From positions 181,791,741 through 181,855,740 of the forward strand of contig CM041465.1 in NCBI GenBank assembly GCA_023213395.1: a stretch of DNA of 64,000 nucleotides, written 5' to 3'. The DNA comes from Cycas panzhihuaensis. Taxonomy: Eukaryota; Plantae; Cycadophyta. Every line of letters begins with the position of its first letter. Within the stretch, counting starts at the first letter, position 1. This document shows positions 28,060 to 43,500 of the stretch, piece by piece. Position numbers and translations under genes: made by a program. The notes under the pieces are model-generated. The model was not told the DNA's origin, searched no databases, and was given only the letters and a program-made list of their open reading frames with translations.

Positions 28060-28302
28060 GTGTGTGTGTGTGTGTGTATACATATATATTGACACACACA
28101 TACACATATGTATGTATGCATGTATGTATATATCTATCTATTTATATATATGTCTGTATGTGTGTGTGTGTACACATGCACACACACACATGTATATAGA
28201 TAAATACATACATACATACATACATATGCATGTATGTATGTATGTATGTATGTATCTACACATCTATATGTGTATATATATAGATAGATAAATATAGATA
28301 TA
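28022..28302. repeat. Compound (CA)n/(TG)n/(TA)n/(TATG)n microsatellite in the 5' LTR of C
   Basis: Direct sequence. Begins with an (AC)n-AT-(GT)n palindrome. Confidence 0.95.
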
Positions 28303-29409
28303 TTAGTTTGCCATAATATAATTAGAAGTGAACATTTTCCATAAGTGCCTCTATTATATGTTTGTATATATTCTTTCATTTATTATTCACCTATATGTCT
28401 TTATTCTCATAGTCTTGTATGATCCTAAGACTTCTGTGACCTATGTTTATGTATTTGTATTTCTATCATTTGATATTTTAGTATGTTTTACTCATACTAT
28501 ATTTCAATAATTGGTATCAGAGCCATGGTTAAAGCCTTGGTCAAATTTTAGTTTAAGCATATTTTTGACCCCAAGTTAGGCTATAAGATTATGAGTATGT
28601 CCACATGTCAAGGGTTTATTCTAAACTTATTTTATTATGCCTATTTATGATTGATGAAGGGAAGTAACTTATTTATTTATTAGGTTAGGTTTTTCTATAA
28701 GTTATAAATAGTTTCAAACTATAGTTATGCAAGGTACTTAGAAGTATACTAGTATTATAAGCCTAGAATATTTTAGTGCTTATGTTAGAAAATCTATTCA
28801 AAAGTGTAGGTGTTATAGTTATCTCAAATCCCACAAAGGTTTATTTCATATTTAATTCATTATTATATTAGTTATTTATATGTTTTACTAGTATAGATGT
28901 AGGTGTTGCATATGAATCTAAGAGTGGGGCTTCGAATATAAGTTGATCACCATGTGAAGCTAGTGTTGTGGTGAGTAGACCATAAATTTACCCTCTGTCA
29001 TGAATATAATCATGATTGATGAGGATTTTATAGTATATTGAGAGCAATAAACAGTTTGTTGGCTCATGTTATTGAAAACTAGTATATTTGGAGCTTTGTA
29101 TGGAGCTTGTTGATATTGAAAACCTATGTATATAAAGAGTGTTAATTAGTAAGTATAATGAGGGTTTACTAGTTTAAAAGGGATATGATACCATCTCATC
29201 AATAAGTTAAAAGTAAAAGTTATCATTTGATAAAGAAATTAGAGCATTGGGTAAGCAATCTCTCTTATTTTTTAGTAGTAGTAGGTTGTAGAGGGGAGAT
29301 TTGAAGTCATAGCAGAGGTTATAGGTTGCTTTGAGAGGCACAATAATGTATGAAGGAGCAATGAGGGTTTATACAATTTTGATGGATTTTTTAGCCCTTT
29401 TGTATCTTC

Positions 29410-29412
<3 letters not shown>

Positions 29413-29488
<76 letters not shown>

Positions 29489-32400
29489 AAATTAATGAGG
29501 GGATTTTGGAGGGGAACCTAATCCCTTTACATCATCTACCAAAAAGGCCATAAAAACTACTGTGACAATCCCATGACTTAGCTAAATCGCCCCCACTAAG
29601 CCAATCTACTAGCCCTCTCATACCATCGACAAGCCTGATGGCTAACTATTAACTGCCATGACATACCCAGTGGTTAGCATACCTACCTAGTATCAATATC
29701 CTCTAGATCCTTCCTAACTAGATCCAAAATCCCATAAGGGATCATATCCCTCTAAATCTCATACCTTTTGGCTTGAACTCCCTAGTCGGCTAGCCCATCC
29801 ACAACCCCATTACCTTCTTTATAGATATGGTTCATCTGGATATCAACTCTTCCTTTAAGGATCTCCTTAACATCATTTATCCGAGCTCAATATCTCTAAT
29901 TTGGGTCTACTTCCCCTCTAATTAGCTTTATTATATTTAATGAATCCCCTTCTAGAATGGCCTTATCATGGCCATCCTGGGATATCATATCCACCACTTT
30001 ATACAAAACTTTCATCTCATCTCGATGATTGGTTTAGGAACCATAATATTCCACAAAGGTCTAAATTACCCTCCCCTTCACATTTCTATAAACCTCTCCA
30101 TCCCCCACATCTACTAAGCTACCTTTCACTATGTTGTTAAAATTAAGCTTCACCCAACCTTTAGGTGGAGGGTCCCATTTGCATTTCCTTTTTGGTTTTT
30201 CTTTAACTTTGAGGATTATTCCCTATTTTTCTGTAATCTTTCTTTACTCAGGCAAAACCAAATTATCCTCTTCCTCCTTCAGGGTCTCTTTCAAGGCCCC
30301 AAAGATAATCCCAAAAAGCTTAGGTTCATCCATATGTTTTCCTTCGAAAATTCTTCTATTTCTCTTTTTTTAGAGATTCCACATCATCACAAGAACAAAT
30401 GTGGTTCAAATGGACTTTAGTACTCCACTTCTAAAGGGGCATATCCAAGAGGAAGCTAGATCTCTCACTGTACCTTAGAGGACCCATTCTACCCCAAGGG
30501 CATTCCATAACATCTTCCATACCTCCCTAGAATAGGGATAATGAAGCATTATATGATCAAGGGACTCCTCCTCCTCCTTGCACAAAATACATTTACTCAC
30601 CATGACAAATCCTCTTTTCCTAAGATTGTCCATGGCTAAGATTTTTTTTAGGTATAGCCACCAAAAGATAACAACCTTCAGAGTTAATCCTAAGTTCCAA
30701 ACATCCCATAGCATTTTGTTGTCATTGAGACCTTTCTCGATAATAAAAACAAATATACCATCTTCACTGAATAATCCCTTGATGGTGACCTAGGCCAAAC
30801 CATTACATCCTCCTTAGGAAATTTAAGAATATAGCTTTTAGCAAGCTCATTTCTCAGAGAAATGATTTGGTCCTTTCCCTTAATCTCTAGGGGAAAGTCC
30901 TCAAAGCATCTCCAGATCTTTGCACCCCCATAACTTTCCCAACAATCTTTAACCTTCCTCCCATAAATCCTCTCACAGGTGTTCTGGAGCATGCCTACGG
31001 TAAGTCTCTCCTTCAACTGAGGCATTCTACACCAGACATCCTCCCAGAGATTGATTTTTTCTCTGTTCCCTAAACTCCATTGGACTCTTACCATAAGCAC
31101 CTTCCTCATATATATGAGGCTTCTCTAGATCTCAGAACCTCCCTTACCTAAAAGATCATCCTTTAAATACTTTCTATCTCTAAGATATTTCTAATTTATA
31201 ATTCTGTGCCATAATTTGTTATCCTACTTAGATAAGCTCCAACTAAGTTTTACCACCAAAGCCCTATTGAAGCATGCTATATCTTTCACATTAAAACCTC
31301 TTACCCACTTAGGGAGATAAACTTTCTCTCAATCTACAAGGTGAATCCTGTCCCTATCCTCCATCTTCAACCACATAAACCTCTTTTGAATGGATTCAAG
31401 ATCACCAATGATCTTAGCCAGACATTTGAATAGAGACATCATGTAAGTTGAGACACTTTGGAGGGAGGTAGTTAGTAGTTGTAGTTTCTTAGCTTGGCTC
31501 AATAGTGCCCCTTTCCATCTTGCCAACTTCCTTTGGACTTGATTAATAATAAGATTCCAAAGTTCCTTCTCCATTTTTCCCACGAAAAGGGGCATACCAA
31601 GATACAAGGAAGGGAGATTTTGAATAAGCATTCCTAAAATCCTACTAATAACACCTCGGGTCCTTGCCAAGATATTCAGGAAGAAACTATTGCATTTATT
31701 GAGATTAATCTTCTGATTTGTAGTCTCCTCAAACTTGACTAACTATTTCTTAATCGCTATAGCCTTGTCAATTATAGCCCTGTGTAATAAAATATTATCA
31801 TCTATAAAATGGTGATTAATAATATTACCTACCCCTAATATGGGCTTTATCCCTTTAATCTTACCAATCCCTCTAGCTTCCTCCAAAGCCCTCCTCGATA
31901 TTTCATCTATAATAATAAAAAGATATGGAGCTAAAAGGTCTCCTTAACACAAGTCTTTGTAACCTAGAAAGAAAGTTGCTGACATGCCATTGACTAACAC
32001 TAAAAACTTTAGCTTTGATATGTAACTATTTATCTAATTCCCCATTTGATCACCAAGCCTAAAGGCTTTGATGCAATTCTTCAAGCTATCCCATCAAACC
32101 CTATCGTAGGCCTTAGAAAGATCAAATTTTATAATCATACTAGGTTCTTTCTTTTGAAATGTTGAGTGGACTGTTTCATGAACCACTACTATACCATCCA
32201 ATATTTGCCTATCTTTAACAAATCCATCCTGATTAGGAGCTATTATCAATGGGAGAATTCCTTTTAGCCCATTGGCTAATTTTTTTGCCAAAATCTTATA
32301 TTTCACATTATAGAGACTTATTGGTCTAAAATATTCCATTCTTTTAGCTTTACCCTTCTTCAGAATAAGGGCAAAAAAAGTGGCTTTCCATTCCTTATGA

Positions 32401-33445
32401 ATCATTCCATTTACATGGAAGTCTAAAACTGTATTAATAAGATCTTCATTGATGATGTCCTAGTATTCCTAAAAAAAACCCATGGGGAAACCATATGGAC
32501 CTAGGGCTTTCTCCTTTTTCATACCAAACACAACACTCATCACTTCTTCTAATGAAAGGGAGCTTCTAAAGCTCTATTCAAGTCTTCCCCAATAATCTTG
32601 GGGATCATATCTAACATCTCTCACCTTGCCTCAGTATCAATATAGCTAGGTTCATTAAATAGGTCCCTGAAGTAGTCCACTACTATTTCCTTTATGCCTC
32701 TCTGATAAGATATTTCCTTGCTTTCTTTATTGATCATCACCTTAATATGGTTATAGGTTTTATCCTTCAAGGTGGTCATGTAAAAAAAATTTGTATTTCT
32801 ATCACCTTTAACTAGCCATAAGGCTCTAGATTTTTATCTCTAATGAATTTCTTCCTTTAATAGAATATCTTCCAGCTTGGTAAGAAGACCTCTCTCATTC
32901 TGATCTAAAGGATAGATCTTCCTTCTTCCTATATTATCATCTCTAAATCCTTAAGCTCCCCTAAGATATAGTGTTTAGTTCCAAATATATTCCAGAAGAT
33001 ATTTTTATTCCACTCTTTCACCTAGCTCTTCATCCATTTCAACTTTTTAGAGAATCTAAGTATTGCACATCCTTCAACTGGACTTTTCCACCAATCTGTA
33101 ATCAAATTACAGAGGCTTAGATCCTTTATCCACATCAACTCAAATTTGAATGGAGTTTTTATATACTTCTTTTTATTAGTAAAGCTCAAAATTAGTGGAG
33201 AGTGGTTTAACACTGATTTAGGCATCACTTCTATCCAAATCGATCTGTATGTGGTGCTCCCCTAGTCTTCTATTAGACATGTATACTTTGAACCTCTGAG
33301 AGGAATTTCCATCACTCCCCCTTTCTACATGAACTCCCCTAGGTCTTCCATACTCTTAGTCCCACCTCCCTGACCCCCTTTCTTTTCCCTAGGCGACAAG
33401 GTCATATTTAAATCTTTGAGAATCACCCAAGCCCCTCCCCCCCTA
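29413..33445 (-). mobile_element. 5'-truncated plant L1-clade LINE with C-terminal RNase H and a (TA)n run at its 3' end
   Basis: Endonuclease end (LNHSPLIL..PFKFELMW), RT (FRPISLYNVKYKILAKKLANGLK..QDGFVKDRQILD..KFDLSKAYDRV; YLGMPL), zf-RVT (CILCKEEEESLDHI) and RNase H (WDPPPKGWVKLNF..ILEGDSLNII..HIYKEGNGVVDGLA). TA run at 29413-29482. Confidence 0.93.
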
Positions 33446-34501
33446 ATCCTTTTGATATTTTGTTTATATTTTAACTCTATAGATATTGTAGGGAATATAT
33501 CAGGGTTTTGATAATATGATAATGTGATTTTAAGCTCTATCTAGTTATTCATTGGCTCTATCAAAGGTTTGATAGATTTGAAATAAGTTTGGTAACTTTT
33601 CTTTATGTTAGATACCTCCCAATAAATGAAATAAAAAGTGAGATTTATATTTTTATTTTCTAAAGTTTCAAACCCTTAATGAGATATATTAAAACATTTT
33701 AAATATATTTTTCAAGTTTGTAAGCCCCTTGAGAGGTTATATATGATGTTATAATGTGATTGGGGCCAATACATAAAGGGCCTTTATATTTTTGACATTT
33801 TTAAACCAAAAGTATACATATGCTTATAGAAATAACTATAACTCGCTCATATAACACCAAAGTTAAGTGTTGTTAGTTACATTATGAATATGACTCATGG
33901 GGCTTTCCAACAACTGATCACATAATATGCTTTGAAGAATTTTCAAGACAGTTTTAATAGTATGAAGTATAAACATTAGTTTGATAAAGTGTTAAAATAA
34001 AGATTGTGCCTAGAAAAAAAGTGTTTATTACATGGTTATGCTCGAATGACCATTTTTGTAGGTTTGTTCCATGGTGCAATGGATGGGTTAAGGGTTTTTA
34101 GCTTGGTTTATCTGTTAAAGGTGTGACCTTAGATAGGAGAGTTAGAAATAGGCAAAATAGGAGCAAGTGAATGCTACTTGGTAGGTAAATATTGGTGAAC
34201 TATATATGAGAAGGCCATTCTAGAGGACTAGAGGATACAATAGTTAGTTACCCATATACTTTAGTAGATGTTTAGATTTTATAAAGACCTAAAATTAAGA
34301 TTTAAAATAGTTATATGGCATGGTTTACTATTAAGTAGAGAATATTAGGTAATGTTAACCCATGAAAATATTTAATTGATATAAATTAATGTGGTTATCC
34401 TTTTAATATGCACTAATGGGTTATAATATGTACACTTCTTTATTATAAGTAGTTATTCGTTCACTAAGTGGCTCATAGAGTGTGATTAGACAACCAAGCG
34501 T

Positions 34502-35330
<829 letters not shown>

Positions 35331-37394
35331 ATTGGTTTGACATAATATAATTAGAAGTGATCATTTTCTATAAGTGCTTCTATTATGTATCTCTATATAT
35401 TCATTCATTTATTATTCACTTATTTGTCTTTATCCTCATAATATTATATTATCTTAAGAATTGTACGACTTGCATTTATGCACTTATATTTCTATCATTT
35501 AGTATCTGAGCATGTTTTATTTATACCATATTTAAACACAATGATAATGTAATTTAAATGATTTCTTAGTCTAATTACAATGATCCTTGAGAGCAAAGAG
35601 ATACCCAAAAGAATCTCCTAATACAAACTAAAGAAAATGAAAAAAATTTCTAATCAAGGAAGTCTTCAATAGTGGGACTTCTAACTTGCTAAAAAATTTA
35701 CTAGATTTGAAGAGTTGGAACTTCTCTATAGGCACATGTAACCTATCAAGTAATAAGGAAGAAAAATCAAAAGAAGGTCAAAAACATTAAAAGGAATGGA
35801 TCAATTAAAATGAAATAAAATAAAAGAAGAAAACATACAATCAGGGAAAACTAATGAAAGGAAAATAAGAAAAATAAGAAAACATAAAAGACAAGGAACA
35901 CATAAAACATACTCCTAGTACTAATTAGTTTTACAATAGCTAGCATAGTACTCTAGTGAGTTGAATAATCACCTTTGTCCCCTTTCTTCATATTTTATAC
36001 TATTCTTCCATTTTCCAGATAATTGTTAGAGGGAATGTTTGAAGCATTAGTTTCAAAGCCATAAAATTTTAAGAAACCAGTTAGCCATTATTTCTATCTT
36101 TTTCACCTTCTCAATTTTAAAAATTGCCAGAACCATAGATGGTGACTCATCATCTAGTAGAAAATAGGTATCCAAAATTATAATATTTGATTAGTTGACT
36201 TTTAATAATATTTTATCCATTTATGAAATATAAGTAAAAATTTTTAATAGAAGTTAGAGGTGATGAAGGTTTATTGATTATTGTTGTTACCATTTTGCCC
36301 TTATCTGCCTATTTTACCATCTTTATTATAAAAAGCACTTACATTTGGCTTTACTTCCATGATAGACATTTCATGTTTGTCTAACTTCCCTTTGTAAAAT
36401 TATAAACCCTTTGAACAATAATTTTGGACATGGGAATATCTTAAGTACTTAATTCAAGTTATTCTAGTTTTTCATAATTGTTTATTAGTTCTTGACTCTA
36501 CTCTAAATCTTTTACTACCTTCATTTTTTAGGCTAGGTATGGTGTCACCAACAACCTATATGTTGTTGCTACTCTATTAACATCTATTATATTAAACAAA
36601 GTTTCTCTATTATAGGTCCCGCTCACTCAATATATCATTTCTTTCAATTCCATATTATATATTCTTTGCAAGTGTCATTTATATTCACTACATATACATG
36701 TATACATATGACATGGAATATGTAAATTAAGGCATGTATAATGGCCATTTGTAATTCATCAAGTTTACCATCATGTGTTTACTTCTTATAGGTTGTATAT
36801 CAATTTATGTCCTTTTAAGCATTGAAAATACCAATGATTAAAGGGCTACTATTGCACCATCAAAATGAATTACTGAGATGCAATCATAAAGATCAACACC
36901 TATGATTTTATGGTGCTCACTTAATTAATGCCCCAGATTAAGTCTCATTCATCCCTATGCTTCTATATTAAAATCCTATTTTTTGGGTGTTTAATCTCTT
37001 TTATTATGTATTTTAGTTATAAAAATATAAGCATGCATGTATGTTACCTACACAAACCCATTTTTTTCATTTGTAACTTAGGTGGAAATTTGTTCATGTT
37101 AGGAGACTCTATGTAGGATTATTTTCACTCTCTTTTCATCTTTTAAAACTATTCTCGTAAATCACCCATCCTACATTCCTATGAAATTTTACCTTTTTTT
37201 TGGAAACATGTCACTAATAGAAAATTGACATTATAGGATAGGTAAATTGATCATAACCTATAGACTCCTTATCCTATAAACTTTTCATCTCATGAACTTT
37301 GTACCCCACTAGTTACTTGTTATGAAAAACTCTCTCTCTCATGGGTTATCTCTCCCACAAGTTACATTCCCTATGAGTCACTTCCCATAGATTA

Positions 37395-40300
37395 TGTTAA
37401 AATATAATGTTTAATGTGGGTACACATATACTGTCCACCATTCACCTACTTTGAGATATGTGGGATGCACATATATATATGCTAATCTATTATTAGATAA
37501 TGTAATAACTCTTTATATTTTATAGGCTACTCATCAGGTGATCTCATTATTTATATGTACACTCACTACTTGAGAACTTGATGAAGGAGTGAGGAGAAAG
37601 ATGTAAACCTTATGATCATAAGAAGAGTCCTAACTCCACCTTCTCTCGTGGTTTTTCTCATAATGGATTTTCCACATATAAATCTTGGTGTCTTGTGGTG
37701 ATGATTATGTTTAATGATGCTTGCTTTATTTTACATTCATATTGATTAATTCACTTTGTGTACATACTCATAAGTTCATTATTGTTACATACATAAGTAG
37801 AGGTTATGTAACCCATGTGAATTTGTACATAAGTAGAGGCTTATTATTGATAGAAACATTAGCCATGCTTATTTAGAATTGGCCATGCATCCATTACTGC
37901 CTATGGAACATGAATGGAACTACCTTAGCCATGTGATAGGATCAACTGCCCACTCCCACTACACAACTAGGTATCTATCATGCCCCAACTGATCTCTACA
38001 CAACCATGGATAAAGAAAAACCTATGCCATAGAGATTAATACAAACATTTGACTAGCTCTTACACACAACCAACCTATTGTAGCTAAGCACTAACCAGTT
38101 ATAGATGATATATATATAGTCATTGTAGGAGCCACTCTAAAGAGAATTATATATATTGTGAAAGTAGACTATATTAATAGTTAGAATCTTGAAGGTAAAA
38201 TAGCCATATATATTTAAAATATTTGCAGCTAATTATTAATGTTAGTTATATATACTCTTGAGAATGAGAATGAGATGCGAATAGGCTACATCGTTGACAA
38301 TGGGAGAGACCCTATTGATGTCCATCCTTTATTACCCTTATAGTTGTAGATATTATGACAAGTTTATTATGGTTTGAGTGGATTTTAGCGTAGTAAAGAA
38401 GGGGTATATATTTAGATTATATCATACCCTCTATATGCAGTTCCAATCACTTATTCGATCATCGCCCTCGTTAATCTCCCATAGAATCTTGACGTAGATG
38501 ATCTCAATGTAGATAAATTCATAGTTATGAATATTATATAGAAAAAAAAATTAATTAAAAGATGCTAAAGGTCACCCTCCTCTAGTTGAAGTTACTCCCA
38601 CAAATGCCCAGTTAAATTACTCATATGCATGAAATCAAATTTTTTTATAGAGTCAGAGTTAATTTGTAGATATTTGGAATATGTAGATATATTTTTGTAG
38701 ACATAATGTTTTATATAGATGATTTTTTGAACCCTAAAAAAAATTGTAAATATTTAAAAAAATTTAATTACCAGGGGCTAAGTTATTAAGGGGGTGGACT
38801 CTAAGTTTTATAAATTAGATTGAATTATTTTTTATTTTTTAAAATTTACATTTAGAATTTGATGAAGTTTTGGATCTATTCTCTATTTTTAAAGGATTAC
38901 ATACTATTTCATGACATACTTACACTTTTTGCAGTATAACTCATCACTTGTATATCAAAATCAGATGCCCTCTATTATGTTGGAAAGTAGACTTTGAGAT
39001 GATCAAAATTAGTGGTTATATAACTTGCTTTAGATAGTAGAAGATAGAGAAAATTTAGGGTAAAGTTGATGTAAAGGCTCTAAACTTCATTTTGGATGAA
39101 TTCCATATCAGTTAAAAAAAAAAATCAATCAATTTTGATGTTTTCTATGGCTCTAATCATGATGGTAAACTTACTTTTGAGAAATGGTGGATGGAAAATA
39201 AAGTTTAGTTTAAAATCAAGTATTTTAAGGCTCATTTATGACATTTTGATGCCTATTTCAATTCAAAAATATTCATTAAATGAGAAACATCTAATGTATT
39301 TATCATATAAGACATCTTTGATATATTGGTCGTTTATTTCCTCTTTAGCAACATTATATTTGGTTTCGTGGATGGTAAAACCTCTAACCAAACATACAAA
39401 TCACTTGGTTATTGAGACAATGTTTTATGATCCATTTGTTAGTTAACACACCACACTAGTTGACAATATTATCCAACTAGATGTTAAGTACAATTACCTT
39501 GTTATAATAAACTTGCCTTGGCTAGGTAGCTTAGCTTGTTCCTGGAGTTGATTATTTAAGATGATCTAGCTTTCGACTTGATCTAGTAGATGTTAGTTTC
39601 ATACAACACACTCAATTGTGTTGGTTCAATAAGTAATTTAGAAGGATGATGAGTTGTGTATTTGAAGCAATTTCTTAGTATACCGGTAATCACAACGGTT
39701 GGTCACCCATGTATTTCAATAGACAAATATTATTTTATATAGACACATATATCATTTTGTTTACTTCTTGACTTTTATGATGGTTAACCTAATGTTGAGC
39801 ATCCAACTTAATGTTGATTGAAAGTAACCACATAGGTGAAGATATAAAGATATGCATAAAATACTTTATACATGTTAGTTTTATATAGGTTAATACTTGA
39901 TGGAGATAAGTATATGGTTATAGGTTACAAATATAATATAGATATAGTTACAGGATACAAGTTATAGGTGATACTACATATAGGATATAGATTACAGTTA
40001 CAACTTACAGGTTTCAACACACAAAATGAGGACTTGAAGATGTAAGATTAAGGTTCAAAACATTAAACATTATTGGGGGCCGGGAGGGGGGGGGGGGAGG
40101 GGTGTTAAAACATAATGTTTAATGTGGGTACATATATACTTCCCACCATTCACCTATTTTGAGATATATGAGATGCATACATATCCATGCTATCCCATTA
40201 TTAGATGATGTAATAGCTCTTTACATTTAATAGGCTACTCATGAAGTGATCTCACTATTTATATGTACACTCACCACTTGAGAACTTAATGAATGAGAGA

Positions 40301-40512
40301 GAAGAAAGATGTAAACCTTATGATCATAAGTGGAGTCCTAATTCCACCTTCTCCAGTGGTTTTTCCCACAATAAATTTTCCACATATAAATCTTGGTGTC
40401 TTGTGGTGATGATTATGTTTGATGATGCTTGCTTTATTTTACATTCATATTGATTAATTCACTATGTGTACATACTCATGAGTTTATTATTATTGCATCC
40501 ATTATTTTAACA
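37395..40512 (+). mobile_element. Copia-like element K with paired ~410-bp LTRs and a replaced/decayed interior
   Basis: LTRs at 37395-~37794 (last ~10 bp and PBS lost) and 40103-40512. G-rich PPT at 40076-40102. Faint RNase H trace at ~39600-39810. No clean TSD. Confidence 0.8.
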
Positions 40513-43500
40513 TCATACTAGAGCTATTCTACCCTCTCACAAGCAAGAAAAATGATTCTTTACCATAAGTTATCAACCCCTAAGACTTTGACCTGTAAGC
40601 TTTCCTTTCTATAAGTTACATTTCTAAATAAACCAAATATGTTTAGGGAACCCCTTTCTATGGGAAAGTTACATTGTGAGATTTTTTATACTCATGTTGA
40701 CTTTTTGAAACCTTCTTTTTCTAAAAACTTAACATCTCACAAACTTCTTTTTGTTATATGCTCTACATTTAAATATTTAAAATAATAACCCAATATTATA
40801 ATTTATAAAATAGATAAAAAATCTTCAATGGTACACCCTGAAGGGGTAATAACTAGAAGATATATACTATATATAAGAGGATCCCCTTTTCCTAATAGGC
40901 CCTCATATATCCTTTACCACCTTTTATCCCTAATCTTCCTAAATTTAGTGGGGAGTTGAGGCAAGATTATGTTGGTCATATATAATCCTTTATGCTTACA
41001 TGTATAGATTACCTTCCCTATGATTATGTGATACTAAGGATATTTCTTAAATTCTTAATGGGTGACACTTAGAAGTGGTTTTATAAGTTGCATAACACTT
41101 TTATTTATTAATTTTAGAAGGTCTTCAACTCCTTTATAAACTATTCTGACATTGCCCACTCATTTAAGACTAGGATGAAAGCCTTTTTTTGGTAAAATAA
41201 GGTTTGAAGGAGTCTTCAAAAGACTTAATATACTATCTTTAGGATTTCATCCATACTTATCAAAGGTCATTAGTTAATGAATTACTATTTAATCTACTCA
41301 CCAATGCTCTCATACCCCAAGTCCATCTTGAGGTGATTAAGCTCAATCCTAACAGATAAAAGAGAGTTACTAATTACTTAGCCCAAGAGTCTTTTGAGAT
41401 TCAAGCCATGGTTGAGAATCTTAGTAAACTAACTATTACTCCTAAACTAGAGTTTTCTTATGATCTTAAGTTTATCCAAGATGATATGGCATATAACCAA
41501 CTTATATTTTCCATGTGAGCTTTAGAGCAGTTGATTATAACCAAGCTCTAACTAGTACTTCCAAACCCCTAAAGGACTCTAAAGATATCCATCTTAAAGA
41601 AAATAAATTTAAATTATAGAAAAGAAGTTTAAGTAAGGAGAGAAGTCCCATCTTTTTAAGAGGGACCTTTAGTACACATACCACCAAACAAATGTCCATG
41701 TTTGATTAGAATGTAACAAGCTTAAGTAGCTTGGTACATAATTAATACATTGGAACAAAAATCTGTTGATTCATGCCAACCCTTTTCTTGACCATCATGA
41801 TGAGTGTAAAGGGAAGGGTCTTGCTAAATATGAAAGTGTATCTATGAGTTCTAAGTTTAAAAATGAAGAGACTCCTACCCCTACTAAGGGCTTTCATGAT
41901 GAGAAGAATACTCACCATAAGTAAAAGCCACTCCTAGGGACAATCAAGAATTGTAAGCTATGACCATCAACATCGTAGGAATGGTCAACCTTTTTGTTGG
42001 TGGCACTTAAAAAACTAAAAATTTTGAACTCAAATCCTCATCTAATCCAACTAAGAAAATTTCCAAGATCCTCCTCCATTATATGGAGGTTGATTTTTAT
42101 TATTCCTTTTAATAGTTTTCTATGACCAAACCTTTTCCTATTATGGAAAATCTTAAGTTTGTATTTATAGGCATTTTTATATTAGATTTACTTAGGAGCT
42201 ATCCTAAACAAAATCAACTCCTACTTGACATATAGAAACCTAATTCTACTAAACCCCTTATCACCTTTGATCTTCCTAACTTAGAGAGCATCATGGTTAT
42301 CAAAAGATTCTCTTATTCTTCATTTGCATCATGAGTGGGAGATAGACTATTAAGAGATGTATCATTGATGAGGATACCATCATTAACATCATTCTCCTTG
42401 GTAATTTTGCCTTTGAACCTTTAAATTAGATGTTCCTAAATTTATAGGAAAGCCCTATTTATTTCCATATGTAAGGTTTCACTTCCTCTCATCCTCTAAG
42501 ATAAGACTGTTATTATTGAGTTTGTAATCATTGATCTAGACCTAAAGTATAATATGTTATTGGATAGGCCACAAGTTAATTAGATGAAGGGTGTTTATTC
42601 CTCTCTTTTCAATGAACTATAATACATTCATGAGGGAGAGATCTAGATATTTCATCATTACTATAAACCCTAATAATAATAGATCTCTTTGGTTAATGCT
42701 TTTACATAGGAGGATGACCCTAAACCCCCCCTTTATATCTCTTACTTTTAGCTAATATTTCCAAATTGAAAGGCCTTATACTAATAATGGGTCAAGAGTA
42801 AGGATGTTAACATGATCAACCAAGTCGTCTATGACCTTAACCACTTTGATAATGATGAAGCCATTCTAGAACACCTTGTTGGGTCATCTCCTAGCCTCCT
42901 ACCCAATAGCCATAAACTTATATTTTCTAAGTACATCCATCCCAACTCTCCCTTAGCCTTGAAAGGTTAAGAGGCCCCCATGACCTCTTTGCTAGTAAAC
43001 CTCACCCCTCTTCATTTAGAGGAGGGTAACACTTTACTCATCAATGATACTATTAATGTCAACCTTAGCATTATTGATGAGCCTCACATCATTAAAGTAG
43101 GAGGTAATTGCTCCCTATAATTATGCCAAGCCTATCATCTTAAGTTAATATACCTTGTTGGGATGCAACACTAACCTTAGTAAAATAATTTCTCCTCTAA
43201 GAAGAAAGATCAAGTTACTTATGATAGGAATTTATGGTCATGTAAGTTTAAAGTAGGAGATAAAGTACTCAAATATCTTCATAACAAGTAGTGTAATTTT
43301 ATGCTTAAATAGGTAACCCCATTACTCATAATTAAAGATTTAAACACGAATGATTATTACATTTCTATGATAGATGGAAGTGAACTCAAGGGTCATGTGA
43401 AATCTTAAGTTTTCCTCCTTTATTATGCTTAGCCTATCACCTTCTTAGTTTTACAGTGAGATTAAACTATAACGTACTCTAACATGAGTATAAATTGCTA

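Noticed and set aside
29385-33465. TSD for LINE 1 (ccttttg on both sides)
   Set aside because: The match is short and decays immediately in AT-rich sequence, so it is not reliable.
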